A stretch of DNA of 64,000 bases from an uncultured Planctomycetota bacterium (GCA_963823665.1 CAWGMQ010000010.1:1504001-1568000); one strand, 5' to 3'; counted from the stretch's first letter, positions 30,757-42,641 are shown. Notes: generated from the sequence alone by a model not told the origin. Translations and numbers: made by a program.

Positions 30757-31776
30757 ATGAGAGCGACCATTCTGTCCTTGACAACAATCGCCATCGGCGG
30801 CGGACTCGTAATTGCCGCCGCGAGAGCGCAACAGGGTAATGGCCCGCCCGCGCAAGCTCAGGCTGGCGGTCAGGCGAAGCCCGCGGCGGCCCCGGCGCGT
30901 CAACTGGGTGCGACGCCGGAAGAGAAGGCGATTCTGGACGGAATTGCGGCATTCGCCAAGGCGTACGAAGCTGCAAATGCGCAGGCGATCGCAGACATGT
31001 TTCTGGACGAGAGCATGATCGTTGGGCCCGAGGGAAACGCGGTCCGAGGGAAAGCGGCGCTTGCGGCGATGTATGGCGCCGGGTTCAGTGAGAATCCGGG
31101 CTTGAAGCTCGAAGCTACCGTCGAGGACATCCGGTTCGTGACGCCGGACCTCGCTCGGGTCGAAGGGAAGACCAGGCTTTCGACGACCAACGGCGATGCG
31201 TCGGAATTCAGCGGGTTTACCGCGCTACTGGTTCGCCGGGACGGCAACTGGCGGATTGCCGAAATGCATGAGTATGCCGCACCCGCGGCCGATGTGACGC
31301 CGTACGAGCGACTGAAGGAACTGGAGTGGATGGTTGGCGAATGGGTCGAGGAAGGCGACAAGGCGAAGTCGCAGTCGATTTTGCGTTGGGCCGACAACAA
31401 GAGCTTCCTGGTGAGGACATATTCGATCGAGCCCGAGGGAGAGAAGCCCTCGAGCGGGACGATGTTCATCGGCTGGGACCCTCAGTCAGGTCAGATCAAG
31501 TCCTGGTTATTCAACTCCGAAGGCGGTCACGGTGAGGGGCTCTGGAATCGTACGGGCGAGAACGAGTGGGTCATCAAGGCAACCGGCGTTCTCCGCGACG
31601 GGCGGCCGACTTCCGCGACCCAAATTCAGACGGCGGTCAACAAAGACACGATCAAGGTGAGCTCGATTGACCGGATCATCGGCGGCGTGGTGGCTCCCGA
31701 CATCACCGACGTGATCATGGTGCGCAAGCCGCCCCAGCCGGCCGCGGCCGCTCCGAAACCCGGTGCGGCCCAGTAA
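30757..31776 (+). CDS. Secreted SnoaL/NTF2-like (DUF4440) protein
   Basis: Signal peptide; RFVTPDLARVEG, GNWRI; LEWMVGEW, IGWDP second domain. Confidence 0.8.
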   Translation: MRATILSLTTIAIGGGLVIAAARAQQGNGPPAQAQAGGQAKPAAAPARQLGATPEEKAILDGIAAFAKAYEAANAQAIADMFLDESMIVGPEGNAVRGKAALAAMYGAGFSENPGLKLEATVEDIRFVTPDLARVEGKTRLSTTNGDASEFSGFTALLVRRDGNWRIAEMHEYAAPAADVTPYERLKELEWMVGEWVEEGDKAKSQSILRWADNKSFLVRTYSIEPEGEKPSSGTMFIGWDPQSGQIKSWLFNSEGGHGEGLWNRTGENEWVIKATGVLRDGRPTSATQIQTAVNKDTIKVSSIDRIIGGVVAPDITDVIMVRKPPQPAAAAPKPGAAQ

Positions 31777-31827
31777 CGACTTCGCTCAAGAATTCATCTG
31801 CATTGACTCGAGAAGAGGACGTTCGCC

Positions 31828-34396
31828 ATGCGTCGCCGTTCGGCCATCGTTTTATTTGCCGCGCTCATCATTCTGGTCACGACTGCATCGGCGCATGCGC
31901 AGCGTGGACGAGGCGGCGGTGGCCGGCCCGGGGGAGGCGGCGGCCGCCCGGCGATGGGCGGCGGTGGGCGTCCTGGGATGGCGGGTGGTGGCGGTGGCCG
32001 CCCCGCGATGGGCGGAATGACTCGCCCCTCCATGCCCGCGAATCGGCCGGCGATGCCGGCCGGTCGCCCGAACATGGGCGGAGGAATGAGTCGGCCGGGC
32101 GGTAACATGGGTGGTGGCAACCGTCCCGGCGGAGGCGGGGGATTGCCCGGCGGCGGAGGCAACCGCCCAGGCGGAGGGGGGGGATTGCCCGGCGGCGGAG
32201 GCAACCGTCCCGGCGGAGGCGGGGGATTGCCCGGCGGCGGAGGCAACCGCCCAGGCGGCGGTGGAGGGCTACTTCCCGGCGGCGGAGGCAACCGTCCTGG
32301 TGGCGGCGGTGGAGGGCTACTTCCCGGTGGTGGAGGGAACCGTCCTGGCGGCGGCGGTGGAGGGCTACTTCCCGGTGGTGGAGGGAACCGTCCTGGCGGC
32401 GGCGGTGGGATTCCTGGCGGCGGAGGGAACCGACCCGGTGGCGGCGGCGGTGGATTGCTTCCCGGCGGCGGAGGGAATCGTCCTGGCGGCGGCGGATTGT
32501 TCCCTGGCGGTGGTGGGACTCGTCCTGGCGGAGCCGGAGGCGGAATTCCTGGCGGCGGAGGGAACCGACCTGGTGGCGGTGGTGGATTGTTCCCCGGCGG
32601 CGGCGGGACGCGTCCTGGCGGAGCTGGAGGCGGAATTCCCGGCGGCGGCGGGAATCGTCCTGGTGGCGGTGGTGGATTATTTCCTGGAGGCGGTGGGAAC
32701 CGTCCGGGCGGAGCCGGGGGCGGAATTCCCGGCGGGGGCAATCGCCCTGGGGGCGGGGGACTGCGGCCTGGAGGCGGCGGCTATCCAGGCCTGAACGGCG
32801 GCAATCGCCCCGGATTTGTGAATCGTCCCGGATCGGGGAATATCGGATCGGGCAACATCGGGTCCGGAAACGTCGGCCACATCGGTGACAATAACTATTT
32901 CGGCGGACGTGGCGGCGGAGGGGGCGGCTATTTCAACAACCGGAACACAAATATTACGAATAACAATATAAACAATTTTACGAATATTGGCCACAATAAC
33001 AACGCTATTGTAAACAATGGCTACGGCGGTTGGGGTGGCGGCTACGGCGGGTGGGGTGGCGGCTATGGCGGCTGGGGCGGCGGCTTCCGCGGGGCTGGTG
33101 GCTGGGCATCACCCTACTACGGATCCTGGTACCGCGGTGGCTGGGGCAACAGCGCGTCGTTCTGGACGGGCTTCGGCGTTGGCGCGCTGTCCTCGTTTGG
33201 ACTGGGCAGCATGTACGGTGGCGGATACGGCGGCTGGTATGGCTACGGCTATCCGGGTTATGGTGTCGCGGCCCCGATGGCCTACAGCTACTTCCCGACG
33301 TGGAGCATGAGCACGTACAGCGGCTGGGGCCTGGGCGCAGTGGCGAACAGTTGGTTGTACAGTGGGTATTCGAATCCGTTCTATACGACGGTGGTGGCCG
33401 CTCAGCCTGCGCAGACGACGATCGTCTATGATTACTCGCGGCCGATCGATGTGGCGGCAGCTCCGCCGGACGAGTCGGTGACCCAGAGCACGGAGCAGGT
33501 CTTTTCGGCGGCTCGCGACTCGTTCATGGCGGGTGACTATCAACGGGCGCTGGACCTGAGCGATCAAGTCTTGAAGGCCACGCCGGATGCGTCGATCGTG
33601 CATGAATTCCGCGCGATGTGCTTTTTCGCGCTCAAACGGTTTGATGAGGCAGCCGCCGTCGATTACGCGGTACTCACGGTGGGGCCGGGCTGGAACTGGT
33701 CGACGATGGCGGGGCTGTATCCGTCGGTTGACGTATACACCGATCAGCTTCGAACCCTCGAAGCATATGCGAGGGCCAACCCCAACTCGACTTCAGCACA
33801 TTTCTTACTCGGATACCACTACATGGTGCAGGGCCATCAGGAAGCTGCGGCCTCGCAGTTCGCGGCGGTAGTCCAGCTTCAGCCGAACGAGACGCTCTCG
33901 GCACAATTCGTCAAGGCGCTCAGAAAGGCCGCTGAGCCTGCCCCCACGGCGGTCGCGGCCGCGCCGGCGGCGTCGCAACCCGCGGCGGCGCGCGCCAAGC
34001 TCCCGCGGTTGCCGCGGCGACACCGAGCGCGCCGGTCGCCGCACCACCGGCAGGGCAGGGGGGGCGCAGGCCGCTCCCGTAGAAGCACCTGAGCAGTCGG
34101 TGCCTCCTCCTCCGCCGGCCCAGATGACCGGCACCTGGAAGGCGCAGCCCGCACAGGGTGTCTCGATCACACTCACGCTCCAGGAGGGCGGAGACTACGC
34201 ATGGGAAGTCGATAGCAACGGCCAGAAGCAATCGATTTCCGGTAAGGCGGGATTCAAAGACAATGAACTGGCCCTCTTTCAGCAAGAGGGCCCGCCGCTC
34301 GTGGGCAAGGTGACCCAGAGCGAGGCGAACAAATTCACGTTCGCGCCGACCGGGGCTGGCGATAAGGCCCCGGGTCTGACGTTTACCAAGGCCTAG
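31828..34396 (+). CDS. Secreted Gly-rich low-complexity protein with TPR domain (frameshift near 33990)
   Basis: Signal ending AHA; GGGNRPGGGG repeats; N-rich and GYGGW segments; TPR; continues in ORF 34100-34396. Confidence 0.8.
32110..32780 (+). repeat. Coding tandem repeats GGG(N/T)RPGGGGG(L/I)P
   Basis: More than a dozen imperfect units visible in DNA and protein. Confidence 0.9.
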
Positions 34397-34752
34397 TTTG
34401 CGCCACGATTGTCGCTCTGGTTCGCTGAGGGCGTCTTATTCGTCCTTCTCGAGGTTTGGCGCCGGTCGAAATGGTGCGCAGGTCAAGATTCTTCCATTTT
34501 CCGATGCTTGTGCTGAACGCCTAGATATGGCTGCGGTTCCTGACGATGTAGGCCCTAGCGTTGTCATTATGTTCGGGCGTCGGCTTGGGGCTTTCGGAAA
34601 GCTCGAAAGTGCCGCAGTGTCGCGCATGCTCGCTGAACGGGTAGCGGTATTCCCATCGGAGCCTGAGACGGTAAAATCACCGATTATGATCCGTTGTGCC
34701 GGAGGGAATTCTCTGTTCCCGGTCGGTGTGGACTCTAAGCTCCGAGGCTATC

Positions 34753-37485
34753 ATGAAGATCGTGCTGGATTGTCCCGGCTGCGGCAAACGGTACGAAGTC
34801 GACGCGTCGCTCGCCGGCAAGAGGTCGCGATGTAAGGATTGCGGCAACACCTTTCGGATCCCTGACACGCCGGGCACGTCGTCCGCGGTGGAATCGACAT
34901 CCCGCCGGGCTTCGCCGGCCGCGGATCGAGAGCCAGCGGCGTTCGCCCGATCGGTGCGCGAGCCCACTCCCGCGGTTCATGCAGAGGTCGTGGCCGTACC
35001 TTCCTCGCCGCCGATCATCGCTTCTGGCGCCGCAAGAGGCACGATTGTCTTCAATTGCCCAAGGTGTTACAAGCGATACGAGGTCGATGCGGTGCTTGCG
35101 GGCAAGAAGTCGCGGTGCAAGGACTGCAAGGAAGTGTTCACGATTCCGCCACCCTTGAGTGCGCCTGAGCCCGAGCCGGTTGAGCCGGTGTCCTCGGGCA
35201 AAAAGTCTGCCTTGTCCGGCAGGAACTTCGCGGTCATTCCGGAGGAAGTGGTGCCGGAGGCTGACGTGCGTTTCGAGTTCGAGCCGGATGAGCCCGCCGC
35301 GCCCGCCGTCCGCCGCGCACCGCTGCCGCTCGTTGACGAAGAGCCGATGGAGCTTGGACCTCGGCGGATGGACTACCCCAAACGCGCCGCTCGAAGGTCG
35401 CGGCGGGAGAATGTTGACACCGAGGTCGGCGTGACGGTGGCGGGAGCTTACGTCGCACTCGGGATCCTGGCATTCATCATCCTGGCGATCTGGCACGCGG
35501 CGGGAGATCCCGGAGCAGAAAAGGTGGGCCGGGTTTTTCGGGCCTCGCTCCTGATCTTGATGGTGCTCGGAATCTTGATGGCTAACTGGGCCTCGATCTG
35601 GCTGCTGGTGATCGCGTTTCGCGACAAGATCGAGCAAGGACTTTTCTGTTTGTTCGTTCCGCTGTACCCGCTCTATTACATCCTTTCGCGCTGGCGCGAG
35701 ACTCGCGGTATCTTCGCGATGTCTGTCGCCCCGTTCCTCATGCTGCTGCTATTCCTGTTGTTCGGCGGGCTGGTACTTGGTCTGAGCGGACCGACGGCGT
35801 TTGTGAATGCCCTCCTTGATCGGGTGGAATCGCTTGCTCCCGATCTTACGGAGCGGCCCAACCCGAATAAGCAGGCGGTGGCCGAAAGGGTGTATCGCGA
35901 CTGTATTCAAGCGATGAATCGTTACGCGGACGAGATGGCCCGCATCGAGCCAAGCCCCAACCTGGCGGAAGTTCAAAGCCGGGTGATGGCGGCGGCGATC
36001 GTAGGGGACCAATTCTTCGACGCCTTCAGGCTGGCGAAGGCTGTGAAGATGAATCCCGTCGACGCGATCGCTGTGAAAAAGTCGGTCGAGGGCGAAATGC
36101 GCGCGGCGATCATCGCCCTGAAATACCAATTCAGCAGGCTCAATTCATTCCCGCGAGCGCAAGGAATGGGCGCCCAGCCTTTGAGGGAACTCGAGCAAAT
36201 GCTTACAGCCTGGGAGGCACCGATTGACGGCAGCAGCGGAGATCCAACGACCAACCTGTTCCCGCTCAACATCCCAGAGGGTCGTCTCGCTCACGGCGGA
36301 ATGCAGCCGGACGGGATGGATCCGGGCGGGATGCCGCCCGGTGGAATGCCGCCGGGCCGAATGCCGCGCGGCGGTCCGCCAGGGAGCATGCCGCGCGGGT
36401 TTCCGCCGGGGGGACCGCCACGAGTGCGCTTCGAGACGTTCGACGCCCATTTCGAGCGCATGCGCAGCCAGTATGGCGATCGCGCAGTGATGGTGGTTGT
36501 GGTCGGGCTGCCGACGAATTCAGATCCGGCCGTCGGCGTGACCAAGCGCGATGTCGAGGTCGCGATCGACACTCGCCTCAAGGCACTGGCGCCTGAGGCT
36601 TCACAGTCGATGTCCGCCGGATCAGGCGGTGAGCGATCCATCTGCCTCATCTCGGTTGAGGATGTCAAGCGCCTGGCTGAATCCATCGATTTCGGCAAGG
36701 CTTCGCGCAACGGCAGCCGCATCGATGTGGTCGTGTCCCGAGAGTACATCGCATCGGTGCCGCGGCTTCCGGCTCCGGCCCAGCCGTCGATCGCGGCCCG
36801 CCCCCACAACCCGCGCGATGACGAGCCCAAGGTCCCGGCGAATGCGGACGCGCTCACGAAGGCGCTCGCCCAGCTCCAATCGGCGGACGTCGGCCGCAAG
36901 AAAGACGCCCTCAATCAATTACGCCAAACTCGCCCAACCGCTCGACTCAAGGAAGTGAACGACGCCGTTCTGCCACTTCTCGAGCACGACGACGAAGATC
37001 TGATCAAGCATGCGGTCCGGGTGCTCGCGGTCTGGCAATCGCCGGAGGCCATGGCGAAACTGATCGACATGGTCGCCGATTCGCGAGTGTTCCTGCGCTG
37101 GGATGTCATCAAATCGCTGGGAAAATACGATGACGTCAAGGCAGCTGAGGCGCTCATTGATCGCCTCAAGGAAGATGGACATATCGTCGAAGGTGAACTG
37201 AGGGGCATGGGATCTATCGCCGAGCAGCCGTTGATCGCGTTGCTCAGAAATCCCGATGATGACCTGCGTCGAAAGGGCTGCAACATTCTGAAGTTCGTGG
37301 GAGGCAGCGCCACGCTCAAGGCGATGAGCAAGATTCCACCCGACCCGGACATCGGTGTCCGCATGGCAGCGCAAGAAGCGATCAAGATGATCAGGCTGCG
37401 CGTCAAGACGGCGGATGATTCCGATGCGCCCGCAAAGAAGAAGAGCGATCCGACTCCGGCTGGCAAAGCTCGCACGAAATCATGA
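34753..37485 (+). CDS. Membrane protein with two Zn-ribbons and C-terminal HEAT repeats
   Basis: CPGC..CKDC and CPRC..CKDC; about 4 TM; Pro/Gly-rich linker; HEAT-like helices. Confidence 0.75.
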   Translation: MKIVLDCPGCGKRYEVDASLAGKRSRCKDCGNTFRIPDTPGTSSAVESTSRRASPAADREPAAFARSVREPTPAVHAEVVAVPSSPPIIASGAARGTIVFNCPRCYKRYEVDAVLAGKKSRCKDCKEVFTIPPPLSAPEPEPVEPVSSGKKSALSGRNFAVIPEEVVPEADVRFEFEPDEPAAPAVRRAPLPLVDEEPMELGPRRMDYPKRAARRSRRENVDTEVGVTVAGAYVALGILAFIILAIWHAAGDPGAEKVGRVFRASLLILMVLGILMANWASIWLLVIAFRDKIEQGLFCLFVPLYPLYYILSRWRETRGIFAMSVAPFLMLLLFLLFGGLVLGLSGPTAFVNALLDRVESLAPDLTERPNPNKQAVAERVYRDCIQAMNRYADEMARIEPSPNLAEVQSRVMAAAIVGDQFFDAFRLAKAVKMNPVDAIAVKKSVEGEMRAAIIALKYQFSRLNSFPRAQGMGAQPLRELEQMLTAWEAPIDGSSGDPTTNLFPLNIPEGRLAHGGMQPDGMDPGGMPPGGMPPGRMPRGGPPGSMPRGFPPGGPPRVRFETFDAHFERMRSQYGDRAVMVVVVGLPTNSDPAVGVTKRDVEVAIDTRLKALAPEASQSMSAGSGGERSICLISVEDVKRLAESIDFGKASRNGSRIDVVVSREYIASVPRLPAPAQPSIAARPHNPRDDEPKVPANADALTKALAQLQSADVGRKKDALNQLRQTRPTARLKEVNDAVLPLLEHDDEDLIKHAVRVLAVWQSPEAMAKLIDMVADSRVFLRWDVIKSLGKYDDVKAAEALIDRLKEDGHIVEGELRGMGSIAEQPLIALLRNPDDDLRRKGCNILKFVGGSATLKAMSKIPPDPDIGVRMAAQEAIKMIRLRVKTADDSDAPAKKKSDPTPAGKARTKS

Positions 37486-37523
37486 AAATGTGGTGACGAC
37501 TTCCCGTGGTGGTTGAAACGATG

Positions 37524-39512
37524 TCAGCCACCTGATTCATCAATTCGAGCGAGCGCCGCCCTGGCAACATCTCCCGCGATCGAGCCCGCCGAGCCGTTCT
37601 CGCTAGCCCAGCGCAGGTGCTCGCGGGCCCCCCTGCGGTCGCCATGCTGCAGCTTGACGACCCCGATGAACGCGTGAGCCTCAGTCTGCTGGCGCTCGCT
37701 CTCCGCTGTCTGAAGCAAGGATGCCTCGCTCATATCACCCTTCATGTAACGAAGCAATGGTACCGGCCATGCGCGTGGTGAAAGGTTTACGAGCGCTTCA
37801 GCCAGCACTTTCTCGCCCTCGGCCGGCCGGCCCCCCTGACGCGACCCGAGTGCGGCCAGTGCTGCCATGTACGGGGAGAGTGGATCGCGCCAGCCTTTCA
37901 ACGAGATATAGACCCTTGCGTCGTAATCGGCCCCGTCGACGCCGGCCGAGAATCGCGACCATCCACGTGCGAAGTAGGTCTCCGCCCGCTTCGGGTCGAG
38001 GATCACTGCCTGATCGTAGTCGGCGAGCGCACCGCGCCAATCGCCGGTTTCTCGCTTGACGTTGCCGCGGTCGTAATAGAGGCTCACCTGCCGCGGGTCG
38101 AGCTTCAGCGCCATATCGTAGTCGTGCATCGCCCGCTCGCGCTGCCCGATTTCGTCTCGGATCCTGGCGCTTGCAGCGTAGGCAGCCGCCATCCGCGGGT
38201 CGAGGCGGACAGCCTCATTGTAATCTGCGATTGCTTTTTCTCGCTCTCCCAGGCGGTACATTACCTCGGCACGGTTGAAGTATGGGACGGCGATTCTGGG
38301 CGCGAGCTGGACTGCAGCGTCGAGGTCGGCGAGTGATTCGTCGTAGCGGCCCAGTGCGAAGAGCGCGAGGCCGCGGTTCGTGAACGCACCGGCGTTTTCC
38401 GGATCTAGCTCGATTGCCTTGCTCAAGTCGTCGACCGCCTGTTCATATCGACCCAGACCGTTGTAGGCCGCCCCCCGATTCTGATAGGCCGAGGCACGCT
38501 TGGGATCGAGTCTGATGGCCTCGTCGAGATCCTCGATGGCGCGATCGAACTGCCTCATCCGCACCAGCAGGCCGCCGCGGTCCTTGTAGGCGCCGGCTCG
38601 CGTCGGTAACAGGCGAATGATAGTGTCATAATCAGCAAGAGCCTGGTCGTTTCGGCCCTGGCGTGCGAGAATCGCCCCGCGAAAGCTATACGCCTTTGCG
38701 AGACTTGAATCGAGCGCGATGGCCTTGTCGAGGTCAGCGAGCGCCGGCCCGTCCCGGCCCAACGCGAAGTTGGCGATGCCGCGGCCGCAGTAGGCTCGCG
38801 TGTGCGCCGGATTCAGGCGGATCGCTTCGTTGTAGTCCGTGAGCGCGCGATCAGCCATCCTCATTGACTCGAACACTTCGCCGCGTCCCGCAAACCCGTT
38901 GGGGTCTGCCGGGTAAATCGAGATGGCTTGGTCGTAGGCCTGCACTGCCGCGTTGTCGTCGCCCAATCGGTGAGATGATTGGCCAAGGCCCTGGTATGCG
39001 GCCGCGCGGCCGGCAATATTGCGCCTGTTCTGCGGCAGATTCCAGAGCGTGATCGCGGTTCTGAAGCTTTCGAGCGCCTCCGCGTTGCGGCCCATCATGA
39101 GCAGTGCGATGCCGCGGTTGCCCCAGCTTTCAGCAAAGTTGAGGTCCGGATACCCAACCGGAGTCCAGTCCGAAACCCAGGTCGAATTGGGATCGTAGAT
39201 CCCCCGCGGTCCAAAAGCACGCGAGGCCCCGATCTGGTGCCGGTTGACGAAGTCGAAGTCGGCGAGTGCGTTCTCGGGCTTGTTTAATTGCAGGTAGCAC
39301 GCGCCGCGCTTGACTCGGATCTCGAGGTCGCGGCCGTGTCGGGCAAGCACTTCGTCGAAGCAGATCAACGCCTCCGCGTAGTGGCCGGCGTGATAAAGCT
39401 TGATGCCCTCATCCCTCGCGCCGTTCGTGCCGCGGGCCCAAGCTTCGCGCGTGCAACAGTGAGCGCAAGAGACTATCAGGATCGTCGTCGCCACAACCCG
39501 CGCAATCGGCAT
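37524..39512 (-). CDS. Secreted TPR protein with NlpI-like C-terminus
   Basis: Many AY.NRG...A..DY..AI.LDP repeats; WPVPLLRY, EAHAFIG. Confidence 0.85.
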   Translation of the reverse strand: MPIARVVATTILIVSCAHCCTREAWARGTNGARDEGIKLYHAGHYAEALICFDEVLARHGRDLEIRVKRGACYLQLNKPENALADFDFVNRHQIGASRAFGPRGIYDPNSTWVSDWTPVGYPDLNFAESWGNRGIALLMMGRNAEALESFRTAITLWNLPQNRRNIAGRAAAYQGLGQSSHRLGDDNAAVQAYDQAISIYPADPNGFAGRGEVFESMRMADRALTDYNEAIRLNPAHTRAYCGRGIANFALGRDGPALADLDKAIALDSSLAKAYSFRGAILARQGRNDQALADYDTIIRLLPTRAGAYKDRGGLLVRMRQFDRAIEDLDEAIRLDPKRASAYQNRGAAYNGLGRYEQAVDDLSKAIELDPENAGAFTNRGLALFALGRYDESLADLDAAVQLAPRIAVPYFNRAEVMYRLGEREKAIADYNEAVRLDPRMAAAYAASARIRDEIGQRERAMHDYDMALKLDPRQVSLYYDRGNVKRETGDWRGALADYDQAVILDPKRAETYFARGWSRFSAGVDGADYDARVYISLKGWRDPLSPYMAALAALGSRQGGRPAEGEKVLAEALVNLSPRAWPVPLLRYMKGDMSEASLLQTAESERQQTEAHAFIGVVKLQHGDRRGAREHLRWASENGSAGSIAGDVARAALARIDESGG

Positions 39513-39709
39513 GGTCCCTCCTCGCCCTGCCGCCCCGCAATCCTCCACTGTGTTCTTCGTCCGGCTGGTGGTTCGCCGATCGGCATGTCGCCGGTAGTCG
39601 CGCGCAGGACTTGCGGGTTTTGAGGTCAATGCGCAGGGAACCGGAGGAAATGGAAAGGTGGCAGATGGAGAGCGGGAATCTGATCGGGTGAGCTAGACGG
39701 GCGCACGGC

Positions 39710-40687
39710 TCACGAGTGCTCTACGGTTGCCATCATATCACCGGGCACGATTCGATGGCCCCGTATGAAGTCGCCGGAAGCAGACGAATTTTTTCCGGGC
39801 AGTTGTAGCGACAAGATCGCGATGGCTCCCTCTCCGGCCGCAACAACCAACCTGTCGCCTGACGCCACTATCACTTCGCCCGGCGTCCCGTCGCCTGTCG
39901 TGATCTCGGTCCGATGCACGATCAAGCGCACGGGGGGCTTGGTCCCTGAAAGCCGGGGCTGCCAGAAAGTTGACGCGGCCGGCCACGGCTGCATCGCGCG
40001 GACTTGGTTGTGAACAGCCCAGGCCGGCCGCGACCAGTCAATCAACCCGTCTTCCTTGCGGAGTTTCGGGGCCCGTGTAACCTTGCTCCGCTCTTGGCGT
40101 TGAACGACGATCGGCCCGCGGGCGAGTGCGTCGATGACGCATGCGACTAGCGGTGCACCGAGCCTCGCCAGGCGTTCTTCCAGTTCTCCGGCCGATTCAT
40201 CGGGCTCGATGAGGGTCCCAGCCGTGGCGGCGATTCCGCCGGCGTCGATGCGCGGAGTCATCTGGATCACTGTGATGCCGGTTTCGGTTTCTCCGTTCTG
40301 AATAGCACGCGCCACGGGGGCTGCTCCGCGATAGGCCGGCAGGATCGATCCGTGGAGATTGATGCCGCCCTGCCTGGGTATGGCGAGCAGCGCGGGAGAA
40401 AGGATCTGCCCGTAAGCTGCGGTGACCAGCACGTCGGGTTGCAATCGACTGATCAGATCGAAGCTTTCAGGTCCATTGACGTCCTCCGGCTGCAACACGA
40501 GGATGCCACGCGCCTGAGCTGTCTGCTTGATCAGGCTCGGTATGATTTCTTGCTTGCGACCCTGCGGCCGGTCAGGTTGAGTGACTAGCGCGATCATGTG
40601 ATGCCGGCCTTGCTGGATCAAATGTTCGAACGTGGGAAGCGCGAAGTCACCCGTTCCCAGCATCATCAGTCGAAGCGACGGATCCAT
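39710..40687 (-). CDS. fmt: Methionyl-tRNA formyltransferase
   Basis: VTQPDRPQGR, AYGQIL, NLHGSILPAYRGAAP; adjacent to def. Confidence 0.95.
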   Translation of the reverse strand: MDPSLRLMMLGTGDFALPTFEHLIQQGRHHMIALVTQPDRPQGRKQEIIPSLIKQTAQARGILVLQPEDVNGPESFDLISRLQPDVLVTAAYGQILSPALLAIPRQGGINLHGSILPAYRGAAPVARAIQNGETETGITVIQMTPRIDAGGIAATAGTLIEPDESAGELEERLARLGAPLVACVIDALARGPIVVQRQERSKVTRAPKLRKEDGLIDWSRPAWAVHNQVRAMQPWPAASTFWQPRLSGTKPPVRLIVHRTEITTGDGTPGEVIVASGDRLVVAAGEGAIAILSLQLPGKNSSASGDFIRGHRIVPGDMMATVEHS

Positions 40688-40727
40688 GATGAATCACTCG
40701 TTCGTCAAACTCTGGCGAGCCGGCCAT

Positions 40728-41339
40728 TCAGGGAGATGCGGGGCCGGGTTCTTGGTCCGCAACCGGTCGCTCCATCGCAGCAAGCCGCCTCACGATCATT
40801 TCGTCCGAAGGAAGCTCGCCCGATGCCTGAGCCTTCTGGTGCTCGCGCTCGAGCTCGCGGAGCTTCACCTCGTTTTCCCGCAGCACGAGCGAGTCGAAGT
40901 AATCTATGATCAATTTGCCGTCGAGATGGTCTGATTCGTGCTGGACGGCCCGGCTGAATAGCTCATCGGCTTCGTAGTCGACGAGCTTGCCGCCAAGGTC
41001 ATATGCTTGAAACCGGATCTTTTTGGCACGCCGCACGTCGGCGCGAATGTCCGGAAGGCTCAGGCAGCCCTCTTCGTCTTCAACGGACAGGTGCCGCTTG
41101 GTAATCACCGGATTGATAAATACCTGTTGTTGATCGGCCTGCGCTGGGTCGGCTGTGAGGTTGAGCACGAAAAACCGAAACGGCAGAGCGACCTGATTGG
41201 CTGCCAGGCCGATGCCCTTCGCCGCGTACAAGAGCTCGAACATCGAGCGCACCGTTTCGCGCAAGTCGTCGTCTATCTGGGTCACGGGGCGCGACACGTA
41301 GCGTAGAACGGGATGTGGATAATTGACGATCCGAAGCAC
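40728..41339 (-). CDS. def: Peptide deformylase
   Basis: GIGLAANQV, EGCLS, QHESDHLDG; start could be 41354. Confidence 0.95.
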   Translation of the reverse strand: MLRIVNYPHPVLRYVSRPVTQIDDDLRETVRSMFELLYAAKGIGLAANQVALPFRFFVLNLTADPAQADQQQVFINPVITKRHLSVEDEEGCLSLPDIRADVRRAKKIRFQAYDLGGKLVDYEADELFSRAVQHESDHLDGKLIIDYFDSLVLRENEVKLRELEREHQKAQASGELPSDEMIVRRLAAMERPVADQEPGPASP

Positions 41340-41484
41340 GTCGAGCACCCTCAAGATCCTCGGTGGAAGAACCGCACTTTAATCCTACCGCGATTACGGC
41401 CCTGCCGCCACGGCTCCCGGCCACCAGGCCGATCTGTCGCTCTTCATCGATCCTCATCTCCCACCTCGCCTGCCATTGCCCGGT

Positions 41485-42641
41485 CTAACGCAGACTGGTC
41501 TTGATCTTTTGGTCGATCAAAGCTGCGATGGCTGGGGCTGCTTCCCTCGCGAGGTGGGCATGTCCGAAATCCGTGAGATGGCCGTCAATCGGAAACGTGA
41601 GCGCCTGGCGGTTTGGAATCGCTCGAGCCTTGATTGCGACATCGATCACGGGGATCTCAAGGCCCCAGCCGGAGATGATGCGGCCAAGCGGGCTCTGGCC
41701 GTTCACAGCCGCATAATTCGGGACAGGCCCAACGACCAGGATGCAGAGTCCGGCGCGTTTCGCGCGGCATTCCTCGTCGATTCCGCGAATGATAGACCGC
41801 GACCGCCGCACTGCCGCCACGTCGGCCGACCGTGCTGCTACGACAGGATCGGCCCACCAGTTTCTGGGAGGTCGGCCCGTCTCCGAATCTCGCCGGCTGC
41901 CGATGCTGAGCATGCCGCGGAGCACGTAGCAACCGAACTTGGAGTGTAGATTCACCCACGCGATCGCGTGCTGAACCCACCCGGGCTTGTGGTAATGCTC
42001 CTCCAACGGCTTGTCTGAGTCGTCAAAGGCGTCGTCCGGCAACGCTCCCTGGAAGTCGTTGCCCGGATAGATACATAAAACAATCATGTCTGGTGGATCA
42101 GTTGCGAGCACGTCGTGATGAACCCGATGCCAGTATTCGAGAAGATCGGTCGCAGACACGCCATAGTTCTCACACACTAGGCGCGCGAGCCATCCGCCGG
42201 TGCAAGGAGCTTCTCGAGCCGCGAACAGAAGGTCGACGCGCACTCGACCTGCATCCCTTCCGTGAACGAATCGCCGACAAATGCGATGCGATACGCATCC
42301 GTCGCGGGCACGGGCCCGAGTCTGGCTCGATAGCCGCTTGCATTGGTGCGGAACTCCGTGTGGAACTCGCTGCTTTCCACCCGGTAGTGCGTGCTCGGCC
42401 ACCACTTCTTGCCGGCCTCGGACTGCCCGGACCCGACCAGAAGCCCGTCTGTGTGAATCCAGTATTTGGGATTCCAGAATACCCGAAAGGCAATCTCGGC
42501 GGCGACGAAGCACAGCGTGAAGCCGGCGGCGTAGATCGCGGCCGTGTACATGAGTCGTCTGGACCATGGGAGGTCCCGACGCACAAGACGCGGTCGACGC
42601 GCACGACAGGGCCGCCCGGCGGTCTCAGAGACGATCGACAC
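41485..42641 (-). CDS. Membrane-anchored SGNH/GDSL-like hydrolase (frameshift near 42190)
   Basis: TM; IAFVGDSFTEG; NYGVSA, GND, DGH in the second frame. Confidence 0.75.
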
